A model generated the notes under the pieces. It saw only the letters and a program-made list of their open reading frames with translations. It had not been told where the DNA came from and made no database searches. This document shows positions 26,427-34,629 of a DNA stretch of 52,244 bases, piece by piece. Made by a program: the position numbers and the translations under genes. This DNA is from Bacilli bacterium. Lineage in GTDB: Bacteria > Bacillota_I > Bacilli_A > RFN20 > CAG-826. The stretch's first letter is position 1. Every line of letters begins with the position of its first letter. Location of the stretch: assembly GCA_045114745.1 (NCBI GenBank), contig JBGULD010000028.1, positions 1-52,244 of the forward strand. The letters run 5' to 3'.

Positions 26427-28040
26427 ATGAAAAGTTTGAAAACAATTCTTGGTATCGCCTTATCAATAGGTGGATTCGGAACCGCAGCGACAGTTGCGGG
26501 TGTTTCAATGTCCGCACAAAACAATGTCACTTCTCAAGTTGAAGCTTATGGTGATGAAGGAAAAATCACAATTTATTTTGCTGGTGTTTCCGGTTGGAGC
26601 GATATGGGCACAGTGAATATTGCTGTTAACAACTCATGGAGTGCTGCAACCGCAACTTCTTCTGGTGTTGATGCATATGCTGGTCAATATAAATACCAAT
26701 ATTCTACTAACTCAAATCAAACATCTTTGAATTGTTATTTTACAAATAATCAAGGTCAATATAGACATCCATCAAGCGGATCCCAAGATTATGATACAAA
26801 TTATTCTACTATTAAATTGGGATCGACAACTCCTTTAAAACCAGGTCATTCTTATGTCATCACATTTACCAGTTGGCATTACGATAAAGATAACTGGTAT
26901 CATGCTTGGTTCAATTATACTTTTGCAGAGTTTGAATTAGATGATCCTTCTAGTACCACAAATTCTTTCTATGTATATGATCCACATAGCGTATTAGGAG
27001 ATACATTTGCAAACATTAATGTTTATGGTTTTGGACAAAATGTATCCGTTAAATCAATGTCTTGGCCAGGAACACATAGTGGTATTTCTCAAACAACATT
27101 AGGAAGAGCCCCAATGTATCAAGTGGCTTTAAGTGAATCTTATCCAAGCTTTATTATGAATAATGGGTCTAGTCAAACCGGAAACATTACCGATTTATCT
27201 TCACACTTAGGTGATGTTCTCGTTATTGATGAATCGCAAACCGGAAGTGACTACAATTCACATTGGGATGAGACATCTGTTTATACAGATTGTCCCGCGA
27301 CCGATGGTTATTATTTAGTCGGTGATTCCAATTTCGTTTCTGCGATTGGAAGTGCTGGTAATCCTTGGAAATACTCGGGTTCATTAAAAATGAATTCATT
27401 GAGTGGCGAAGGAAATAAAGCAAACTACGTATTAACAGTTAATAAAACTGTAGAATTTAGAGTCAGATCCTATTTCAATCTTACAAATTTATGGTTGAAT
27501 TTTGGTGCTGAATTTGACGGAACAGATGGCATTACAACTGTTGGCGATAACGTTCAATTAGCAGCCGGGACATATTCCATTTATGTTAATGAACATTCCG
27601 CAATTTATGTTGCTAAAGGCATGCCATTAGATGCATTCTGTTCAACATTCTTAACAGACATAGCTGAAGTTTGTGATGCTCAATATGGCAATACCGATTT
27701 GGACGATTTAAAGGACACTTGGTCTTCATTATCTACCTTATATAGTGGCTTAACCGCTGATGCAAAAACTGAGATTAGAAATATTGGTTTCAATGGTGGC
27801 AGTGATGTCGATGATGCACACAAGGTTGTCAAAGCATACAAGTATATCGTTACAAAATATGGCACAACAAATTGTCCAGACTTTATCTGGGGTCAAACAA
27901 TTAGTCCAGCAAGCGCTTCATTTATGAAGGCAAATAATAGTAACAACAACCCAACAATTATTATTGTTCTCGCAATTAGTGTTGTCTCCGTTGCAGCCTT
28001 AGGCGCATTCTTCCTTCTTCGTAAAAAGAAAGAAAACTAA
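26427..28040 (+). CDS. Surface-anchored multi-module putative starch-binding protein, paralog 3
   Basis: Signal peptide. CBM25/26-like module at 26964-27230 (INVYGFGQ...SWPGTHSG...SFIMNNGSSQTGNITDL), closely similar to paralog 2. Shared C-module at 27627-27896. C-terminal TM + RKKKEN. Confidence 0.7.
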   Translation: MKSLKTILGIALSIGGFGTAATVAGVSMSAQNNVTSQVEAYGDEGKITIYFAGVSGWSDMGTVNIAVNNSWSAATATSSGVDAYAGQYKYQYSTNSNQTSLNCYFTNNQGQYRHPSSGSQDYDTNYSTIKLGSTTPLKPGHSYVITFTSWHYDKDNWYHAWFNYTFAEFELDDPSSTTNSFYVYDPHSVLGDTFANINVYGFGQNVSVKSMSWPGTHSGISQTTLGRAPMYQVALSESYPSFIMNNGSSQTGNITDLSSHLGDVLVIDESQTGSDYNSHWDETSVYTDCPATDGYYLVGDSNFVSAIGSAGNPWKYSGSLKMNSLSGEGNKANYVLTVNKTVEFRVRSYFNLTNLWLNFGAEFDGTDGITTVGDNVQLAAGTYSIYVNEHSAIYVAKGMPLDAFCSTFLTDIAEVCDAQYGNTDLDDLKDTWSSLSTLYSGLTADAKTEIRNIGFNGGSDVDDAHKVVKAYKYIVTKYGTTNCPDFIWGQTISPASASFMKANNSNNNPTIIIVLAISVVSVAALGAFFLLRKKKEN

Positions 28041-28056
28041 TTTATAAATAAATTAT

Positions 28057-28085
28057 AAGAGCGGATTTCCGCTCTTTTATTTTTG
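28057..28085 (+). terminator. Rho-independent terminator
   Basis: AAGAGCGGA-TT-TCCGCTCTT followed by TTATTTTT. Confidence 0.8.
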
Positions 28086-28125
28086 TGTTAAACACATGTG
28101 ATAGAATATTAAAAGGGTGTTTCAT

Positions 28126-29034
28126 ATGAAAAAAGATGATGTTGTAGTTTTGATTAATAATTTCCTTAATCGATTAGAGAAAGAAGGTGGCGCTATTGAG
28201 TCAATCGTGGTATCTACTTCTAAGGGTAAATTCTTTGATAAATATTATTTACCAAAACATCGTCGCAATATCTATTCCCATTCCAAAACATATGTTTCTT
28301 TTGCCTTTGGTATTGCTCTAGAAGAAGGCTTATTACATTTAGATAATCATTTAGTGGATTATATTAAAGACGAGATAACTCCAGAACAATACGATGAGTT
28401 TTATAAAATAAAAGTCAGACACCTTTTAACCATGACTAGTGGTTTTGGTGAAGGACTTTTAATGAAAAATGATCGTTTAGGAATCGATGATTATCTTTCA
28501 TTTACTTTATCCCATCCTTTAAAACATGAACCAGGAACTGTTTTTTGGTACAGCAACGCCGACACTTATTTATTAGTGAGAATGTTAGAAAAGGCTTTCC
28601 AAAAGAGTCTCTTAGATGTCGTCTCCGAAAGATTTTTAAACCCGATGGGTATCTTTAACGCTATTTGGGAAAAAGACGCTCAGGGGCACTGTTTTGGGGC
28701 TTCCGGGTTAGAATTAGATTGTGAAGAGATGAACAAATTAGGAATCTTATTTTTAAATAAAGGAAAACATAACGGCAAACAACTCATTAGTGAATCATAT
28801 ATTGATACCTTATTAAATACAGTTGTTAATACAAATAACTGGGACTGGGGTGATTATTCCTATCAGATGTGGCATACACCAGAAGGTAATGGTATACGCG
28901 CTGATGGGGCATTCGGTCAATTAACAATCATCTATCCAAAGCAAGATTTAGCTATTTCTATTCAAAGAAGTGAAGATGATAAATTCGGAATTACAAAAAA
29001 GATTCTCGTTGAAGAAGTACTTAATAAACTATAA
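28126..29034 (+). CDS. Serine hydrolase, beta-lactamase (class C / esterase) fold
   Basis: SxxK motif in YSHSKTY and YxN motif in WYSNAD. ATG 28126 lies 8 nt after AAGGG; the ORF-track start is a GTG 9 nt upstream. Extended -10 TGATAGAAT at 28099-28107. Confidence 0.7.
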   Translation: MKKDDVVVLINNFLNRLEKEGGAIESIVVSTSKGKFFDKYYLPKHRRNIYSHSKTYVSFAFGIALEEGLLHLDNHLVDYIKDEITPEQYDEFYKIKVRHLLTMTSGFGEGLLMKNDRLGIDDYLSFTLSHPLKHEPGTVFWYSNADTYLLVRMLEKAFQKSLLDVVSERFLNPMGIFNAIWEKDAQGHCFGASGLELDCEEMNKLGILFLNKGKHNGKQLISESYIDTLLNTVVNTNNWDWGDYSYQMWHTPEGNGIRADGAFGQLTIIYPKQDLAISIQRSEDDKFGITKKILVEEVLNKL

Positions 29035-29035
29035 G

Positions 29036-29062
29036 ATGTCGTGAAAACGGCATTTTATTTAT
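29036..29062 (+). terminator. Weak terminator
   Basis: ATGTCGT-GAAA-ACGGCAT (one G-U pair) followed by TTTATTT. Confidence 0.4.
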
Positions 29063-29074
29063 TCTAAAGAATAA

Positions 29075-29083
29075 TGTTATAAT
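29075..29083 (+). promoter_or_regulatory. Extended -10 promoter element (TGTTATAAT) 6 nt upstream of the HAD gene ATG
   Basis: TG-T-TATAAT at 29075-29083, ATG at 29090, and no purine-rich SD in between. Confidence 0.5.
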
Positions 29084-29089
29084 ATCTCT

Positions 29090-29866
29090 ATGAATTTCAA
29101 AATTGCTTTTATCGATATAGACTGGACTTTATTAGATCATGATATCCTCGACTGGGATTATCAAACTTTAGATATTTTGAAAGAATATCAAAGACAAGGC
29201 CTCCTCCTTTATTTGTGCACCGCTAGACCATATGATTCAGTGACTGATACTGGTCTATTAGATATTCTCAAACCAGACGGGATTATTTGCACAAATGGTG
29301 GTGTGATATTTATTAAAGAAGAATTATTCTTCTCTAATATCATCCCGGAAGATATCGTTAGAAGTATTGAGAAAACTGCGAACAAGCATCACTTAGTGCT
29401 TGAATTATCAACGGACAAAGAAAGATATTTCACAAGTCCTGCGAATCAATATGTTCATAATTATTTTTCTATTTATCACGAAGTTATTCCAGAGGTGAGA
29501 AAATACCAAAATAAAGGTGTCTCCGCGATTCTTCTTTTTGCGCCGGAAAAATATGATGAAATATTAAAGAAAGAATTCCCTAAAGAGATGAATTATTTAA
29601 GGTTTGATTCTCATGGTGTGGATGTCGGATATTATAAAAACACCAAAAGTGCGGCGATTAGAAAAGTATTAGATTATTTAAAAATTAACAAGTCAGAATC
29701 TTTAGGTGCTGGCGATTCCTTTGATGATATATCTATGTTTAAAGAAGTGGGCGTATCTATCTGTATGGGTAACGGTAGTGAAGATGCCCAAAAAGAAGCC
29801 GATATCATTTGCGACACAATCGCTGAACACGGATTAGGCAAAGCTTTAAATGCTTTATTAAAATAA
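29090..29866 (+). CDS. Cof-type HAD-IIB phosphatase
   Basis: Motif I FIDIDWTLLD, motif II CTARP, and C-terminal GAGDSFDDISMFKEVGVSICMGNG (motif IV DxxD/N). Confidence 0.8.
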   Translation: MNFKIAFIDIDWTLLDHDILDWDYQTLDILKEYQRQGLLLYLCTARPYDSVTDTGLLDILKPDGIICTNGGVIFIKEELFFSNIIPEDIVRSIEKTANKHHLVLELSTDKERYFTSPANQYVHNYFSIYHEVIPEVRKYQNKGVSAILLFAPEKYDEILKKEFPKEMNYLRFDSHGVDVGYYKNTKSAAIRKVLDYLKINKSESLGAGDSFDDISMFKEVGVSICMGNGSEDAQKEADIICDTIAEHGLGKALNALLK

Positions 29867-29887
29867 AAAAGCCCATAGGGCTTAATT
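29865..29887. terminator. Short bidirectional hairpin between convergent genes
   Basis: AAGCCC-ATA-GGGCTT flanked by an A-run and TTAATT. It overlaps the stop of the minus-strand gene. Confidence 0.5.
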
Positions 29888-30454
29888 AAATGTCATTGTT
29901 TGACCGCCAGCGATGGCGTAAAGAATCGTGAAGAACAATGCATTGACGAAGAATATAGCGCTGACAACGAGAATGCCAACGAATTTTTTATGTTTTTCAC
30001 TGACCCCCACAATTGCGAGAATTAGACCTGCTAAACAGAACACTAATGCCGGTATTGCGGTAATCAAGAAATATTTGCTTAATTCAGTGATATGTTTAGC
30101 AATATTGAAGAACCAGTTTGGAACATCAAACATGTGATTACCAATCCAGTTACGATAACCATCATTCATAAGAATGAGACCGATGGTAATGATAACCGAG
30201 AAGATCATAAAGAAGATAAGAAAAACAGCGATTAAAGCACCGATAAACGCGGAGAAAATCGGTAGGAGATAATACATCATGGTAATCGTGGAGGCGATAG
30301 CACCAAAGATACACAAAAGACGGGCGGGGATTCTAAGTCCATTTCCCGCTTTATATTTCTCTCTTTCGAGCTTAGCGAGGTTTTGTCTTTCGATTGATTT
30401 TTCGTCTGGTTGGTAACTACCAAAACCAATCTTTTCTTCTTGTTTTTCTTCCAT
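29882..30454 (-). CDS. Integral membrane protein of unknown function (4-5 TM, charged N-terminal tail)
   Basis: 190 aa. A ~45-aa K/E-rich N-terminus is followed by long hydrophobic segments. Its start shares 1 nt with the stop of the upstream LOR gene (TAATG). Confidence 0.6.
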   Translation of the reverse strand: MEEKQEEKIGFGSYQPDEKSIERQNLAKLEREKYKAGNGLRIPARLLCIFGAIASTITMMYYLLPIFSAFIGALIAVFLIFFMIFSVIITIGLILMNDGYRNWIGNHMFDVPNWFFNIAKHITELSKYFLITAIPALVFCLAGLILAIVGVSEKHKKFVGILVVSAIFFVNALFFTILYAIAGGQTMTFN

Positions 30455-30960
30455 TAATTCATACTCGCTGCTGCGGCATCCTCATTCATTTCATCGGTAA
30501 TATTATCAATAGCGATAACTAACGCTACAAATGTATAGACATCAAATTTATCATCAATAGTTAAAACAAAGGAATCTCTTAAAGAAATCTTTCTAGCGAT
30601 ATGTCCAATTTCTTTGCCATTAAGTACGATTTGATAATTGTATCCAAGAATATTACCTCTAATTTGTAAATCACCTAATGTTGAGGTGATGAAGTAGTGG
30701 TCATGGAAGGAGAAAATCTTTCTTTTGATCGTGCAGACTTTTGTTCCTTCAGCATTATAAACGAACGCTGAATAACGGAATAATTTCCAGAACTTATTTC
30801 TGACAATATACTTTGTATTTCCTTGCAAATCTTGGACGAATTTCTTTTTGGTGAATGTCCAAAATTTGCCTTTAACTTTTAAGACATCCTTGCCGCTTAA
30901 ATCTTGGACAACGGATGAACCTCTAAGTGATAACCATTTGTTCTTAATTGCTAGTTCCAT
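30454..30960 (-). CDS. LURP-one-related (DUF567, tubby/scramblase-like fold) protein
   Basis: 168 aa. The repeated beta-hairpin pattern (LKVKGKFWTFTKKKFVQDLQGN, YIVRNKFWKLF, CTIKRKIFSF, YQIVLNGKEIGHIARKISLRDSFVLTID) plus a hydrophobic C-terminal helix VYTFVALVIAID is typical of LOR family proteins. Confidence 0.6.
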   Translation of the reverse strand: MELAIKNKWLSLRGSSVVQDLSGKDVLKVKGKFWTFTKKKFVQDLQGNTKYIVRNKFWKLFRYSAFVYNAEGTKVCTIKRKIFSFHDHYFITSTLGDLQIRGNILGYNYQIVLNGKEIGHIARKISLRDSFVLTIDDKFDVYTFVALVIAIDNITDEMNEDAAAASMN

Positions 30961-30980
30961 AATATTTCCTCTTTATATTT

Positions 30981-30989
30981 TTTATAGCA
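30981..30989 (-). promoter_or_regulatory. Extended -10 element (TGCTATAAA) for the LOR/membrane operon
   Basis: Minus strand reads TGC-TATAAA, 20 nt upstream of the ATG, with AAGAGGAAA as SD. Confidence 0.4.
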
Positions 30990-31123
30990 ACACATGTCGC
31001 TGTATTTATCATAGAGAAACTTATTCCCTTTTTCAAATTATAAAATGCGAGCGATATTTTTTTAATTATAAAGTATTAATACTTTATCTTTAAAAATAAG
31101 ACACTTTGAACGAAAATGCTTTA

Positions 31124-31152
31124 TTAACATTATTTTTTATTATTAGTATAAT
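31124..31152 (+). promoter_or_regulatory. Promoter of the alpha-glucan utilisation operon
   Basis: TTAACA (31124-31129), 17-nt spacer, perfect TATAAT (31147-31152). GAGGT SD 8 nt before ATG 31177. Confidence 0.6.
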
Positions 31153-31176
31153 AATAGTAAATTGAGGTAAGTTACT

Positions 31177-33756
31177 ATGAACAAAAAGTATTTTATTCTG
31201 TTACTTTTTCCACTTTTAATCACCTCTTGTTCACACCAAAACGGTAAGAATAATTCCGATTCTTCCGGTGGTGGCGAAGGTGGTGGATCAATCGTCGATA
31301 TTGATCAAGATGAATATGATGAGTGGGCAAATTCATGGTCAAAGCCTGGTCATATGTATTTTCACTATAACCGTGGTAGCAAATTTGGCTATGAAAACTA
31401 TTGCTTATGGTTGTGGCAACACGACCCCCAAGATTTAGAAGGTGCCTTATGGGGTTTCTCAGCTAACCCAAAAGTTTCTGACAAACTCACCTTACAACCA
31501 ATGTCTACATCTTTCATGACTTACGAAGATGTCGGTAAAGGTAGTGAAGGATCGGGCACTTTTATTGATAATTACGGAATTATTATTGATGTCGATTATT
31601 CTTCCACAACTCTTAAGGGTGGAAAAACCGGCACCAGTGTCACATATGAAGGCGCAACCGAATTAGGCTTCTTATTACCACAACAAGACTCCATGAGTGG
31701 TTTGACCAACTGGGTCTCTGATGGTGGTAGAGAAACTTATGTAACCGGTATCGATAGCGCTAGCAACTGGAGAACTGTGCAAGGCGGCAAAGCCCTTCAC
31801 TTATTCGTTGCTTCTGGCGCGCTTGATGATTTTGCTTTCTATGCCGGTGACGCCGTAGAAGAAGCCAAGGTTAATCCTGTCGACGAGGATACCACTGGTC
31901 AATATTCTTCTAGCGTGGACGCTAAATACAGCAACACTTTAGGTGTTAGCTCAACCGCGGCCTCATTTAAAGGTCTAGGCGTTGGCTATCAAGTGTTCGT
32001 ATCTTCCTTCCGCGATTCTAACGGCGATGGCAAAGGTGACTTAAGAGGCATTATTGATGCTTTAGATGATAACTTCTTCACAGACTTAAATGTCGATGTT
32101 TTATGGTTAACACCAATTCAAAAATCAGACTCCTATCATGGATATGATATTTCCGATTATTATGCAGTGGACAAGAAATTCGGAACCATCGACGAATATC
32201 AAGAATTAATTTACAAAGCGCACAAGAAAGGCATTAAAGTCCTTATGGACTTAGTCCTTAACCATACTTCTAAATCCAACAAATGGTTCATCAATTCTCA
32301 ATGGGCCAAGGAAGAAGAAGTTTTAAGTGGTGGATTATCCAAGACCATTAAGTGGCGTGATGTTTACACTTGGAAATATGAAAACGAACTCATTGAAAAA
32401 TGGAATGGTTCCTCATATGAAAAGATTACCGTTAAACAAGATGCCGAAAGCGATAGCCCATCCTGGTATAGAGATGGTGAATCTCATTACTATTACTATG
32501 GTAAGTTCGGCTCTGGTATGCCAGAGATTAACTACTTATCCGAAACAACCAGAGAATTAGTTATTAATATGGCTAAATACTGGATGTCATTTGGTTTAGA
32601 TGGTTTCCGTCTTGACGCAGTCAAACACATCTTTATGAGAGATGAATGTTATCAACAAGGCGATATCATCATTCCTGATACCGGCACAAAGACTTCTTAT
32701 GATACTGAAAAAGGTAAAGAAGTCACCAAAGCTTATGACTATTCCTCTAACGTCACTAAGAACGTCATGTGGTGGAAAGAATTCGCCCATGGTGTCAAAG
32801 CTTCTTATCCAGAATGCTTCTTAGTGGGTGAAAACTTCGATGGTTGGGGCAAACAAACCGCTCCATATTATCAAGCGTTAGATTCTCAATTCTCCTTCTC
32901 ACATTACTATCACATTCCAGCTTACTTATTCGCTAGTGGTGCTTCCGCAACTCACTTCCCGAATTTACAAGCTAATGAATCATATGATGTCTATGCCACC
33001 TCAAATATGGTGGAATTAGATGGCAAGAGCATGTCTGTTCCTGGTGGTAGCAGACCAGACTTCATCGATGGTGCATTTACTTCTAACCACGACGTTATGA
33101 GAGCCATCAACCAAGCTAATGCTTCTGGTAATACCGCTGGTACATCTCCATCCACTAAAGTGACTGGAAGTGCCACCGAGATCAACAAAGCGAAGATCCA
33201 TGCTGCGATGACAATGTTCGCCCAAGGTATCTCCTGGATCTATTATGGTGATGAACTTGGTATGTCATCCAATACTGACCAACACATCGAAAAATACCAA
33301 TACGAAAACAATATTGATATTTGGTATCGTCAACCATACTTATGGGCTGATCAATCATTAAGACCAAACTACAAAGCTGGTCAATACGTTTTCGAATTAG
33401 ATTCTTATAATAAGACACTTGCGAATTACGAAGCCCAAAAAGCCGATCCAAATTCCATGTATAACTTCTATAAGAAGATTACAGAAGTGAAATCCTTATA
33501 TCCATCTTCTCATAAGATTGAATACTCCAAGTCTTTCACTTCCAATAACGTTTTAGCGATCAAGGTTACCGGTATCGGTAAACCATTAGCCATCTTCATT
33601 AATATCGGCCAAACTGGCGATGAATATTTAATGAATCCAGGCGCACTTTTAGGTAGCGAATGCACAAATGTTGCCGCGCTTAATGGTGCACCAAATGCAG
33701 CTGGAGGAAATATCGGAGGTACTGCTTATGGTATCTCGGTATTCCAAGCTAACTAG
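31177..33756 (+). CDS. Extracellular GH13 alpha-amylase-family lipoprotein with an N-terminal pullulanase-associated (CBM41/PUD-like) region
   Basis: Lipobox LLITSC. YFHYNRG...YCLWLWQH. GH13 regions I DLVLNHTS, II GFRLDAVKH, III FLVGENF and IV FTSNHD. Confidence 0.85.
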   Translation: MNKKYFILLLFPLLITSCSHQNGKNNSDSSGGGEGGGSIVDIDQDEYDEWANSWSKPGHMYFHYNRGSKFGYENYCLWLWQHDPQDLEGALWGFSANPKVSDKLTLQPMSTSFMTYEDVGKGSEGSGTFIDNYGIIIDVDYSSTTLKGGKTGTSVTYEGATELGFLLPQQDSMSGLTNWVSDGGRETYVTGIDSASNWRTVQGGKALHLFVASGALDDFAFYAGDAVEEAKVNPVDEDTTGQYSSSVDAKYSNTLGVSSTAASFKGLGVGYQVFVSSFRDSNGDGKGDLRGIIDALDDNFFTDLNVDVLWLTPIQKSDSYHGYDISDYYAVDKKFGTIDEYQELIYKAHKKGIKVLMDLVLNHTSKSNKWFINSQWAKEEEVLSGGLSKTIKWRDVYTWKYENELIEKWNGSSYEKITVKQDAESDSPSWYRDGESHYYYYGKFGSGMPEINYLSETTRELVINMAKYWMSFGLDGFRLDAVKHIFMRDECYQQGDIIIPDTGTKTSYDTEKGKEVTKAYDYSSNVTKNVMWWKEFAHGVKASYPECFLVGENFDGWGKQTAPYYQALDSQFSFSHYYHIPAYLFASGASATHFPNLQANESYDVYATSNMVELDGKSMSVPGGSRPDFIDGAFTSNHDVMRAINQANASGNTAGTSPSTKVTGSATEINKAKIHAAMTMFAQGISWIYYGDELGMSSNTDQHIEKYQYENNIDIWYRQPYLWADQSLRPNYKAGQYVFELDSYNKTLANYEAQKADPNSMYNFYKKITEVKSLYPSSHKIEYSKSFTSNNVLAIKVTGIGKPLAIFINIGQTGDEYLMNPGALLGSECTNVAALNGAPNAAGGNIGGTAYGISVFQAN

Positions 33757-33769
33757 GAGGTAATGATTT

Positions 33770-34624
33770 ATGAAAAAGAAATTCTTAACATCCATTATTC
33801 TCGCTTTATCCTTAGTCGGATTAACCGCCTGCGTTATGTATAACGGCAGAAACAAAGACGGTTCTCCAAAAGGATCATCTCAAAATCCAAGTTCGGAACC
33901 CGCTTCTAGTGACCCAGGTTCTAGTGGCGATGATTCCAGCACACCTTCTTCATCAGAAGAACCAGTTCCACAAGGTGATGTCAAACTATATTTAGTTCTC
34001 GGCCCACACGGAAGAATTGATGGTAACCCTGGTGATGAAGTTCCCGCAAAATTCTTAGAAAACACTTTTGTAACCACAGTGGCCATCGGTTCTGACCTTC
34101 CAAAAGCAGACCGCATTACCACAAATGTGACAGGTTCCTCATTCTCACATTGGGTGAACCGTGAAACTACCGAAACAGTTTCCAAAGCTCCTGCTACCGA
34201 ATCTGTTTTAGTCGCGGTCTTTACCGGTGGTGATGGTAGCAATACTCCAGCCCCATCAAGTGGTATTCCTTCTTCCGGTTTCGGCTTCTTATTCGTTACC
34301 GCCCCAGGAGCGGATCCATATTACAAAGTTGGTGAAGACCAAGGTGAAGTCGATGTTTATGGTACTAAGTACCATCAATATCACATCCAAGACTTCCAAT
34401 TAATCGAAGGACAACAATTCCAATTATATGATTTCGGTAGTACAGCCGGTTGGGTTGTTCCATTAGATCCATATTCTGTCGGTGCTAATGGCGATGCCTC
34501 TAAAGTCGCAGAATATATCACTATTTCTGGTGGATATTATGTCGTACAAAAGACATTTGATGCCAAAGATATTTACATCAAACTTCTTTATGAACATGAC
34601 AATCTCTACATTGGCAAAAAGTAA
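33770..34624 (+). CDS. Lipoprotein of unknown function (S/P-rich linker)
   Basis: Lipobox LVGLTAC. A low-complexity SSQNPSSEPASSDPGSSGDDSSTPSSSEEP linker is followed by two globular beta-rich regions. AGGAGG SD. Confidence 0.6.
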   Translation: MKKKFLTSIILALSLVGLTACVMYNGRNKDGSPKGSSQNPSSEPASSDPGSSGDDSSTPSSSEEPVPQGDVKLYLVLGPHGRIDGNPGDEVPAKFLENTFVTTVAIGSDLPKADRITTNVTGSSFSHWVNRETTETVSKAPATESVLVAVFTGGDGSNTPAPSSGIPSSGFGFLFVTAPGADPYYKVGEDQGEVDVYGTKYHQYHIQDFQLIEGQQFQLYDFGSTAGWVVPLDPYSVGANGDASKVAEYITISGGYYVVQKTFDAKDIYIKLLYEHDNLYIGKK

Positions 34625-34629
34625 TTATT

